In this document: positions 52,501 to 64,000 of the stretch, in pieces
How positions within the stretch are numbered: the first letter of the stretch is position 1
Layout: each line of letters opens with the position of its first letter
The notes under the pieces: generated by a model
The model's database searches: none
What the model saw: the letters and a program-made list of their open reading frames with translations, nothing else
Told to the model about the DNA's origin: nothing
Made by a program: the position numbers and the translations under genes
Origin: Pecten maximus
Taxonomy: Eukaryota
Direction: 5' to 3'
NCBI RefSeq assembly: GCF_902652985.1
Contig: NC_047015.1
Location: forward strand, 23,808,001-23,872,000
DNA length: 64,000 nucleotides

Positions 52501-55500
52501 TCGGAGCCTTAATGTCTAAATGTTAGCGTTTGAAGGATAGCATTGACCTTTCCAGTGATGTTGATATTCACCAATAAATATTACACTTTTCTCTTTGCTT
52601 TAGTATTCTACAAATACATGTCAAAAGTGGCGTTAGATATATCTAACATTGGAAAAAAGGAGGGCAGAACAATCTCCAAATAGCTGCGATTTATTGGCAT
52701 TTAGACATGGAAGGAAACATTTCTATTTCCAATAATATCAAAGTTCATTGGTCTATTAAGAGTTCCACACAGACGGATAAAGATATATATCTAATAGTAC
52801 ATATATATCACGCTACACATAGATGTATTTCGAACAAATTGAATTAGCATCAAATAAGGATATCAGTTGTGAGGATTCCGTCATCTACGTGTAAGGTTAC
52901 TCACACGATATCGTCATAATTCTCACATTATGAGTATAGTTTTACAAAATAAAATATCATACATAACACACACGCACGCACGCACATACATAGGAATCTC
53001 GATATTAAATGAGTTTGCATTTCATATGCAATGAATTACATGAGATTACATATGCAACGAAAACAATTTTTAGACACTTTTTATCACAAACGGAGAGCTT
53101 CATTCACAATTCATCGCGTCACGTCATTGTCCATATCTTGACGTCACAATCGATTTATGTCTGGCACAGCTAATGAAAAAACCCAGGGTGTATTACATTA
53201 GTTACGTATGAAAAATATTACAAGGGCGAATTTACCGGATGACAGGTAAATTAAGAGATTAAATATAACTTAACAAAATAAAAAATCAATCACTGTTAAC
53301 TAGTTGTCTCCATTTTACATGCATCACAGTGATGAACATTTTGCAAGCTATGCTTTGAATAGTGTTCTGTTATACTACTTTAAGCAAGAGTATATGTGAA
53401 AATATAACGTTTCAGGTCTGACCAATTCTATAGGTATTAAGATTAGCGTCACTCCATAGCATGTTACAGAAGTAGTTAATCTCTTCCTCGGAAGTACTTT
53501 TTTAGTAGTTACACATTAAAAGGATCACTGATACACATTGATTTCAGTACAATATCTCTAACATTTATCATCTTAACGGTACTCTGTATAGGAGAATAAT
53601 GTTAAAATATAATCACGAATAAATACCGACAAATTTGCCCAAAACTAATCATGTAATATACCGAAATGTTTGTCGACACAAACATGACATTAAAGGAGAT
53701 ATCTAAAACAATAAAAAATACTCCTATATCATACTTTTAAGACATCTCATCAAACTGGTGGGTTTGGAGCATTTTTCAGAAACTCGGACGGTTGAACATT
53801 TTCTCCTAAAACAGTCTTCTTGTCATGCCCAGAGTTCTTAATAGTGTCTTTAATAAGGACATTTTGATGATTGAAATGCCTTCTTGTATACCATATTTGA
53901 ATGATATTAGTCACAACCGCCTTGGGCATTACAAGGTTAAAACAGAATAAATAATTATACATATTGTTAAGTTAAATCGGTAAAACCAATGAACTAATTG
54001 TGTCGCCTTGAAACATTTATTTTTTTAAAGGAGAAGGTACATAGGACGGCTGAATCGGCCTACCCTGATTATTTTCTCCCCGTTGTTTTCGTTTGTGTGT
54101 TTGTTTGTTTGGGGTTTTTTTGGATTTTTTTTGTATATTTTGTTTGGGGTTTTTTTTGGTTTTTTTCGGTTTTTTTTTTTGTCAAAAGCATAATATCCCC
54201 TATTAAGTAAAAGGAATAATTTTTTCATTTTTCTGTATATATTTTCCATTTTGAGTGGTTGTATATTTTGGGCATTAACTTGGGTCATCACTATGTTCAA
54301 CATCCTCACCTTCTTCAGAATGTCCTTCATCCACCAGTATCACAGACACTTTATCATCAAAACATCCATTCTTGTGGACGTCGTGAATTCCTTCCACTGC
54401 CTATTTTAAACCTGACTCCACAGCCAAAACCAACAGTAAAATTTTCCATTTCAGATCACTTTCAGATAAATAATATCGAAGAATAACTTATTAAAGTATG
54501 TAATAGCATTTTTATGTACATGTAGACTATTTCAACATAAATAACAAAGCAGTTAAATTTTACCTTCCTTTTTATAAAAGTTACTTCATGACCTTTCTTT
54601 GAATGCAAAAAATCTTTTGTTATCCAGTAATTTGTAATGTACATTTTTGCCTGTGTGTTAAGATTAATATACCAACAGGTTTTTAAAAAAAAAAAAAAAA
54701 TTAGGATAGTACCTCTTTATCCACTTAACGAAAAAAGGTTTTTGAATCAGCTTATTTTTACGGTTTCAATTGTACGCATTTTTGCAAAAACACATAATTC
54801 GTAAAATAATATTAGAGATGATTATAAACACAATTTATAATATATTATGTACTTTTTTTACGAGAAATATAATGAATTTAACAGAGACATAACTCTTTTT
54901 GTTATAGAAATCAAGTTAGGTGGCGCTGCTTAAATAGCGTTTGCCGATTTTCAATTTAGTGTCTAAAATGATATGTTATTGGTGTTAGTCTACCGTAATA
55001 TCAAACATAGAATTGGAATCGACTGTTGGCCAGCATGCACCACCTCCTTTACAAACATCTTCACAAATTACATGTCATCCACAAGGCCCATGGTTAGCCA
55101 CGATACATACTAAAACTTGTCAAGTAACTTCTGCTAAATTACACCATTATATTTGTAAAATATCACTGATACCAATGTGTTTGCTATTTACATGCGCCTT
55201 AATTTAATATTAAAAAGTATGCGATTCATTGAATAATTGGGCTATTGCATCACCCCGTAGAGATTTTGACATTTATCCGACCTATTTTGAGATGCCTCCG
55301 TCGGCTGCTAGATATCAACACTCTTGGTCCTAAGCAGCACTGCGTCATATAGCTATATGAAGAAGTTTACTCCATATGTGGCTCGAAAGTCACGGTTCAC
55401 AATATCAAAATGCCCTTGACGCTCTTGAACTTGAAATACAAAATTGAAATTAAAGTATTTGTTTAATTATGTCAATATTGTACCTATCCGTTGATATTTT

Positions 55501-55539
55501 CAATTGTTATGATTCATTGGGGGTTTCCCTTCGATAACT

Positions 55540-56878
55540 ATGTCCAGGTATCTGACGAGTCCTAATAAACGAAACAGATGTACGATGTCCCTTACATCAC
55601 TGACGAGTCCTAATAAACGAAACAGCTGTACGATGTCCCTTACATCACTGACGAGTCCTAATAAACGAAACAGCTGTACGATGTCCCTTACATCACTGAC
55701 GAGTCCTAATAAACGAAACAATTGTACGATGTCCCTTACATCACTTATGAGTCCTAATAAACGAAACAGCTGTACGATGTCCCTTACATCACTGACGAGT
55801 CCTAATAAACGAAACAGCTGTACGATGTCCCTTACATCACTGACGAGTCCTAATAAACGAAACCGCTGTACGATGTCCCTTACATCACTGACGAGTCCTA
55901 ATAAACGAAACAACTGTACGATGTCCCTTACATCACTGACGAGTCCCAATAAACGAAACAGCTGTTCCATGTCCCTAGAATCATTTACGAGTCCTAATAA
56001 ACGAAACCGCTGTACGATGTCCCTTACATCATTGATGAGTCCTAATAAACGAAACAGCTGTACGATGTCCCTTACATCATTGACGAGTCCTAATAAACGA
56101 AACAGCTGTACGATGTCCCTAGAATCATTAACGTGTCCTACTAAACGAAACAGCTGTACGATGTCCCTTACATCACTGACGAGTCCCAATAAACGAAACA
56201 GCTGTACGATGTCCCTAGAATCATTTACGAGTCCTAATAAACGAAACAGCTGTACGATGTCCCTAGAATCATTTACGAGTCCTAATAAACGAAACAGCTG
56301 TACGATGTCCCTTACATCACTGACGAGTCCCAATAAACGAAACAGCTGTACGATGTCCCTTACATCACTGACGAGTCCTAATAAACGAAACAGCTGTACG
56401 ATGTCCCTAGAATCATTTACGAGTCCTAATAAACGAAACAATTGTACGATGTCCCTTACATCACTTATGAGTCCTAATAAATGAAACAGCTGTACGATGT
56501 CCCTTACATCACTGACGAGTCCCAATAAACGAAACAGCTGTACGATGTCCCTTACATCACTTATGAGTCCTAATAAACGAAACAACTGTACGATGTCCCT
56601 TACATCACTTATGAGTTCTAATAAACGAAACAGCTGTTCGATGCCCCTAGAATCATTTACGAGTTCTTATAAACGAAACATCTGTACCATGTCACTACAT
56701 CACTGACGAGTCTTAAAAAACGGAACAGCTGTACGATGTCCCTAACATCACTGACGAGTCTTAAAAGAACTAAACTGTACGATGTACCTAACATCACTGA
56801 CGAGTCCTAAACAATCAAAATAGCTATATGATGTCCCTAACATCACGGACAAGTCCTAAAAGAACGAAATAGCTGTAT
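55540..56878 (+). ncRNA. Tandem array (~28 x 48 bp) of minimal type I hammerhead-ribozyme-like motifs
   Basis: Unit ACATCA-CTGACGA-GTCCTAATAAAC-GAAA-CAGCTGTA-CGATGT-CCCTT: CUGANGA and GAAA core boxes, GUA triplet, ACAUC/GAUGU stem I, palindromic stem III; stem II reduced. Confidence 0.7.
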
Positions 56879-57939
56879 GGCTTTACTTTACCGTTCTCTT
56901 GGTTTCTATTTAATAGCGTTGAAATCTTTTGTTTTACATATTTCACATGTTATTCCTCGCGGTAACAAGCATACCAGTTGACTACACGAATCCTGGAGCG
57001 TTGTCGCTCTACTTTTACGACATGGCACATTGTGTTTATGGCAGTATTTATCACCCTTCCTAATGCATCAAGTTACAATCAACGCGGCTTTGTTAAAAGC
57101 AATAGCATTTATTAATGAATTCCTGTGATGTTCACCACCCACACCAGAGCTGCATGCACTGTTTAACTGATTTACATTTTAACTCTCCTTTCTATTTGTT
57201 TTTATTGTATTAATGACTTGATTGGCATTATAACCAAGTGCACTCACAGATACAATTTTACACAGCTAGCTTTATGTCTTGACATTTTCTATTTGCATGG
57301 TGATAACGATGTCCTTACCCAAATGAACGTGACAACATCATAGTGACATTAACCTTATATAAAATGTAAACCATTCAGCTTTGAACTTTATTATCTTTAT
57401 TGAGAGTAGTGTATATCAGCAAGTGTCACTATTCAAGGTTACATTTTGATAATTGTGTTTAATTGTGATAAAAAAAGAACGAAATATATGATGAATTTAA
57501 TATATGAAGTGTTCAGTGTTTCACTCGTTATTAAAAAACAAATCAACTCATTGTTCATGTTGTACAATGCTTTGAATGATTAAGATGATTAGATAATGAC
57601 TGACTATACCTTAAATACCTTTATATACGTAATAATTTCCATCAGAAATTTACTATCCTTAACCTTATCCCATAAATAATTAATTATCATTTAATTTCTT
57701 TCTTATCAATTTGCCTGTGCTGTTGTTCATATAGAAATATTCCGTCTTTTAGTTTGTCCCTGTTTGTCAGCTCCTCATTTGTTTGTTTTCACGTCTATTT
57801 CATTTGTAAGAATAAAAAGCAGCTACGTATTTGCTGCAAAATATAAGGAACTATTAAAAATGACTTTCAATAACTGCCAAGCTGTCAAATATCACATCGT
57901 TTGGAGAAAATAAATGCCATAAATGACTTAACATGTTCT

Positions 57940-58770
57940 GGGGAAAATAAGTAAGCAATCAATGAACTAACACTATTTCTGGTATTTCGAGTAACGAAAT
58001 AATGAACTAACACAATTATTGATTATGCATTATTTCTGGTGATATTTATCAAACGATTGATAAACTAACACTATTTCAGGTATATCAAGTGAATGATTAG
58101 TGAACTAACACTATTTCCAGTGATATTGAGTAACGAATTGATAAACTATCATTATTTCATGTGATATTGAGTAAAATATTAATGAACTGAGACTATTTCA
58201 TGCGATATTGTGTAAAAAAAAAATAAGAATGAACCAACACTATTTCAGGTTATATTGAGTAAACCATGGATACTCTAACACGATTCTGGTTATATTAAGT
58301 ACACAATAGCTGAAATAACACTATGAGTAAATAATTTATTACCTTACACTATTTCTGGTGATATTGAGTAAACAATAGCTGAACCTTCACTTTGAGTAAA
58401 CAATTAATGAACTAACACTATTTCCAGTATATTGATAAAATAATGAATAACTAACGCTATTTCTGGTGATATAAAGTTAATAATGGATGGACTGACACAA
58501 TATCCGGTACACTGAGCAATTAATGGATGAACTATCACTATTTCCAGTGATATTGACTAACCAATGGCTTAATTATCGTAAACAATAGATAGACTCACAC
58601 TATTTTTGGTAATATTGTGTAAACAATGATTGAACTTACACTATTTTTGGTGATATTGTGTAAACAATAATTCAACTTACACTATTTTGGTAATATTGAG
58701 TAATTGGTGAATTAACACTATTTCATGTGATATTAGGTAAACAATGGATGAACTAACACTTCATTTTTGG
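57940..58770. repeat. Degenerate ~41-bp minisatellite
   Basis: GAACTAACACTATTTCTGGTGATATTGAGTAAACAAT variants, ~20 copies. Confidence 0.85.
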
Positions 58771-59038
58771 TGAATGATACTGTGCAACCCTAGTCTATAA
58801 TTTTGAAAATGTTAATGTTATGAGATGTGTGGTACATACAATAGTATAATACCTGATAACAGAACCGCAAGCAGTCGTCATGTATGTTACTTCATTGTTT
58901 TGTCTTCAACAATGTAGACATTGCTTGTTAGTATAAAATCTTAGAATGTAATATGATAAAATGGAAATATCATTGCCAATATAACACATATAATTGACAT
59001 TGTACATTGTTTTGAAATGAAATATTTATATTTAACAG

Positions 59039-60534
59039 ATGCGGGTCCGTCGTTGACAAGTAAACATGACTTGACGAAAACGAAAACCATCAACTTAACG
59101 TTTCCTGTCCCCAAAGAGAACATACATCTGATAAAAACACTGGGCAACATAAATGACAACAAGCGTGGCTGGGAGGCAATACAGCTTAATAGGCGAAAAC
59201 GTGATTTCATTGAAGGTGATTGGACACAAAGAGAAGGGAACAGGGAATCAACAAAATGGGCTAAGCGTAAAGACAAAACAGGAACAATTGAAACAGCTAG
59301 CAGTAAGTCGGGATGGACACCACTCATATCAAAACGCGGATGGGATGGGATTGACTTTCCTTGGGAAAAGCGTACGAAGAATGATGATATTCCAAAAGAG
59401 AATTTAGACGATGTTAATGTTGCATTTCGACAACTAACTAATGACAAGGATTTTAGACAAAAATGGGGAACTGCGGACATCTCAATGAAGAAAATATCTT
59501 TGAAGAATCCACAAGTTCAAAATCGGGAATGGGACAATGGAGATGTTTTACGGAAACGTGGATGGGATGGTGTTGAGTTTCACTTAAATACCCACAAATA
59601 TCCAAATGGGAAAGGCTGGATTGGTGGTGCCTATAACACAGGGAAACGGTCAGGTGACCAAGAAAAGTCCAAAACAGGTTGGACAAAAAATGACTTTGCC
59701 ACTGACAACCATTCAGATAACAAAGAATCACACAAAAGAGGCTGGGATGGTGTCGACTTTACCTTCGGAAGGCGTTCAGTGGACATTGAAACCCACAAAA
59801 ATGGTCTGGACACCATTGTCTTCCCCATTAGAAAGAGTTCAAATAAAAAGGAATCACACAAAAGAGGTTGGGATGGCGTTGACTTTAATTTTGGAAAGCG
59901 TTCCGTTGACATTGATTCCAACAAAAGTGGTCTGGATACCATTGACCTTTCCAACGGAAAGAGTTCAAATGAAAAAGAAGCACACAAAAGAGGTTGGGAT
60001 GGCGTTGACTATAACTTTGGAAGGCGTTCCACTGACATTGAATCCCCCGAAAATGGACTTGGTGTCGTAGACTTCTCTGAAGGAAAGCGTTCCAATGAAA
60101 ATCAATCGCACAAACGAGGTTGGGATGGTGTGGAATTTCCATATGGTAAGCGTAACGACCATTCTTATTCCAAACAGGACTGGGCGGGGATGGACGTTAT
60201 TTTTGGTGTTGGGATGGATACAAATCGAGCTAAGCGGGAAAAACGTGGATGGGAAGGACTGAATCTCCACTATCGAGTGATCAATGCTTATGGTCCTTCG
60301 CAAACTAGTGACTACCGCAAAAGAGGATGGGAGGGAGTTGACACGTGTGTATGTTGTCATAGTAGCCACAGAGTGTTGTGTTGTTTGGCATGCAATAGAA
60401 ATAATCCTCAACCGCAGCCAAGAATAACGACCAAATCGTACAAAGATATGTTTTATGTGAGGGACACTGTCTGCAAATGTTGTTATGCGACAAAGGTGAA
60501 GGACTGTTGTGATCTGTGTGAGATCATGTCATAA
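59039..60534 (+). CDS. Terminal exon of a multicopy neuropeptide precursor (GWDG/GWEG peptides, W-x6-F/Y-amide) with two C-terminal CxCCx7CCxxC modules
   Basis: Nine KR-GW units; amidation signals FTFG-RR, FNFG-KR, YNFG-RR, FPYG-KR; acceptor TTTAACAG at 59038 (phase 1); signal-peptide exon not located. Confidence 0.85.
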
Positions 60535-62084
60535 ACTCACACACTGTTATTCTCAAAAAAAAATTAGTATTGCTTCAAATTATATATTTATTGAAATTTA
60601 AATGATTATGTTTTTTCTGCTACACACTTATATACAAACGGATTATTGAAGTAAATCATTACTTTTTCATAGTCACTTTCTTCTTCAGCATTCTTGATAG
60701 AAGGATGGTCATATTGAAGGGTTTATGTTTTCAAGAAAAGCATAAACTTACAAAAAGGCGTTTGGATATAAACAAAATTCAAGGAAAAACTACAATTTTT
60801 GAAAAACTGAAAACTTTTGGTGAAACAACTACATAACGTTCCATTATATATACATGCATATATGTAAATTTAGAGAAGGTTGATTATTTGTATATAAAGG
60901 ATTTACATTGTTTATCAGCATCTTTAACATTTCAATAGTTTAATTTTGGAAATAAAAACCTAATGCTGCTGTCATCACTACGTCATTTAGAAAATAAAGA
61001 AGAAATGCACTTTCTTTGAATTATAAAGGACTTTGGTAGAACCACGCCTGTCTAAAACAACATTCGTTGAATTGCCAATCAATATCTCGCACGTATTAAC
61101 ACATATTATGTAACAGAAAACACCTTTGTTATGTTTTATTGCTGAAAATAAAATGTTAATGGAATTCTAAATACGATTTTTCAAATATTATTGCTACATG
61201 TAGAGGTACGTGACTGTCTCTTTGACTCCAAATCCACAAACAAAGATAGACTGTATCAGAAATTTAAAACCTAATCTTGACAGGTTTTAACAAAATGTTA
61301 CAATAATTTCCTACGTCACCACTGTAGGTTATACGATGTTTTCGTTCTTTTTATTTATTTATGTATTTATTTATCATTTCACAATCGTTGATATTTCCTT
61401 TCGAGTACTTTACACGGTTTATATATCAATAATTACAATTCCTCATAATGATATCAACAAGCCATTTATTCAATAAAATGCAAAGACCTTTGTAATAAAT
61501 GAAATATTGCTATTTAATGTAGATAAAATTATTGATTCTTTATTTGTCACGGAGAAAGTGGGAGGGGTTTATATGTCTGTCAATGGATTTTGAAAATGGC
61601 TGTTGTGCACAGATAAACTTGGTGCCAAAATAGTTAGAACATATATAACACAAGGTAAATATTTATATCCGATTAAGTTTCTTGAACTTCTAAAAGAAAT
61701 CATTGTAAATGTAAATATTAACCTTCTATTTTGTTTAGTTTATGAGATCATAAATCCATTCAAGAGAGGTAAATGATAACTTGACATAAATCATGTGATT
61801 TCCATTTCTAGAACACACATAACACGCCATTACACATTATAAGGAACACGCGATATTCTGATAACCGGTTCAAATTGACCGTAATACCTTATTTGTCAGT
61901 CTTGACCATGATTAATTACCTACAGCAACCAGGGGCCTGTCTTCATACATATATGGATATCGTATACAGTTCAACATGACATAAGTGTCGTGATACGGTT
62001 CTGCCGCCTCATTTCACGATCAATATGAATTTGCATGCGAGATAGCCATGAGTGAATGCAAATTTCTTAACCATCTCCCTTAAT

Positions 62085-62480
62085 GTACAACTAGACGAAA
62101 ATCAAAATGATTTTGATGTTTATACCACTGGACGAAATTCAAATTATTTGATTAATTAACATACAACTAGACGAGGATCAAAATTAATTGCGCTATTGTA
62201 CAAGTTGTCGAAAACCAAAACTGGGGGGGGGGATACAACTGAAAACTGAGTTCGTTACTGTACTACTGGGCGAATACCAACAAAATATCCGTTACCGTAC
62301 AGCTGGTCGCAAATTTAGAAAAAAATCTCCATCATTGTTCAACTAGGCAAAAAACAAAATAACCTCAGTTATGGTATACATTGGGGACATCAAATAATCT
62401 CCGTCACTTAACAACTGGAAGGAAATAAAAACAATCTCCATTACTGTACAGGTGGACGAAAATGAAAATTATCTCCATTA
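62085..62480. repeat. Degenerate ~40-bp minisatellite
   Basis: TACAACT(A/G)GACGAAAATCAAAAT..TCTCC..TTA variants. Confidence 0.6.
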
Positions 62481-63289
62481 CTATCATTCAGTTTCTTGAA
62501 ATATATTATCACGAACAAAATATATAGTATTTTTAGCCACGCCATTGCTTCTAATCCAAAATGAATAACCTTAATTTATGATATCAATGCATAATGTCAG
62601 TAGCTTATGATTAGGGTCTTAACTAATATATCCTAGAATTTCACGTTAGCATTCATCACCAAAAAGAAATGCGTGTCTGAACGGAAGGTCGTGATGATGA
62701 TCGTTTAACTCATGCTCATAAAATGTGAATTATTGTTCGTTTTATTTATGTTATATTTAAAAGCAATGTTAAGAGCTACTTTCATACTAACTTCTCCAAA
62801 AAAGGTACAGAAATTAAAAATTAGATAAAAATATGAACAACCTTGCATCATCGCATACTGTTGTAAACAAAGACCACGAAAGCATTTTGCTCCCTTAGAT
62901 ATCACTCCACACACGTTAATATATCCAAACAGAGTGATTATGCTCGACTCTCAGACAACGTTGGATCAGTTCGTAGGTGGTCATTCGTCACTGAAGGCAT
63001 CTCAAACTGAAATATCAGACATGATTGCGACAAGCAGTTCGTACAAATCTATGACACAGTGATTTCATTTAAAGGACGTTTCATACAAAACGACAAAAGT
63101 ACGGTGAAAGACAGTTTGGATTCCTGCATGGTCCAGGCCTCACACGCACTGAATCGTCACTAAATATTCATAGATCCTACTAACGAAGGTTTGAATTCTT
63201 AACTGTATGCTGTAATTGCACTTCATCTACAGAAATTCATGAATATATCTATTCGGTGAAACATATCATAGAATGACAATTTCAGACAA

Positions 63290-64000
63290 AAAGTAACCAC
63301 AGCGCCAGGTATAATCTTAACTACATTTTTCTAGTTAATGTTATAAAGAAACCACAGCGCCAGGTATATTCTGCACTAGTTAATCTAATAGGAAATCACA
63401 GCAAAAGGTATAACCTGTATCTGAAATAGCTTTAGATGATAAAGAAATCTGAACGTAAGGTATAATTTGAATTAGTTCTAACTAAAAAAGAAGCCTGAAA
63501 TACTCCAAGCTTACAAAGAAACCACAGCACCATGTGTAATCTGAACTAGTTCAAACTGATAAAGAGACCTGAACGTCAGGTGTAATCTGAACTAGTTCAA
63601 ACTGATAAAGAGACCTGAACGTCAGGCGCAATCTGAACTAGTTCTAACTGATAAAGAAATCTGAACGTCAGGTTTTATCTGAACTAGTTCAAACTGATGA
63701 AGAAACATGAACGTCAGGTGCAACCTGAACATCGGGTGCAATCGGAAATAGTTCTAACTGATGAAGAAACCTAGACGTCAGATATAATATGAACTAGTTC
63801 AAACTAATAAAGAATCCTGAACGTCAGAAAAAATCTGAACTAGTTCAAACTGATAAAGAAACCTGAACGTCAGGTGTGATCTGAACTAGTTCAAACTGAT
63901 AAAGAAACCTGAACTACTCCAAGGTTACAAAGAAACCACACACCAGGTGTAATCTGAACTAGTTCTAACTGATAAAGAAACCTGAACGTCAGGTGCAATC
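63290..64000. repeat. 46-bp minisatellite running off the window end
   Basis: AATCTGAACTAGTTCAAACTGATAAAGAAACCTGAACGTCAGGTGT variants. Confidence 0.9.

Noticed and set aside
55500-56706. Long ORFs on both strands (361 aa -, 314 aa +) with 16-aa repeats
   Set aside because: Artefact of a stop-free 48-bp unit (multiple of 3); no unique domains; the RNA-motif explanation fits better.
55540-56878. CRISPR-like array
   Set aside because: No unique spacers, no cas genes, eukaryotic context.
56966-57115. Signal-peptide-like stretch WHIVFMAVFITLPNASS
   Set aside because: No upstream in-frame ATG and no suitable donor.
59017-59038. ATG at 59017 as the precursor start
   Set aside because: No signal peptide follows and it lies in an AT-rich tract ending in an acceptor AG at 59038.
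58941-60493. Overlapping alternative-frame and antisense ORFs over the neuropeptide exon
   Set aside because: Shadows of a repetitive coding exon; no independent motifs.

Overview
AT-rich, repeat-dense eukaryotic genomic DNA with one N-gap (38363-38495). It is most likely a bivalve mollusc (scallop-like), inferred from the SINE types, an ependymin-related gene and a multicopy neuropeptide precursor. Host genes: a complete 5-exon ependymin-related gene (-, 11482-13071); two tandem paralogous stand-alone EEP (APE/DNase I-like) nuclease genes (+, 23583-24494 and 33796-34743); a KCTD-type BTB/T1 exon (37702-gap) that is splice-compatible with the second EEP gene; and a large last exon of a GWDG-repeat neuropeptide precursor with two CxCCx7CCxxC modules (59039-60534). 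Mobile DNA: an Ngaro/DIRS-type tyrosine-recombinase retrotransposon with split direct repeats and an SGNH ORF, a Harbinger/ISL2EU-like transposase fossil, a Crypton fossil, a Polinton-type packaging ATPase fossil, a Gypsy fossil, a pogo/Tigger transposase ORF, CR1-like LINE pieces, SINEs and hairpin MITEs. The most striking signal is a ~28-copy 48-bp minisatellite (55540-56878) in which each unit is essentially one minimal type I hammerhead-ribozyme motif with a palindromic, dimer-type stem III. All calls are by eye; no searches or folding programs were run.
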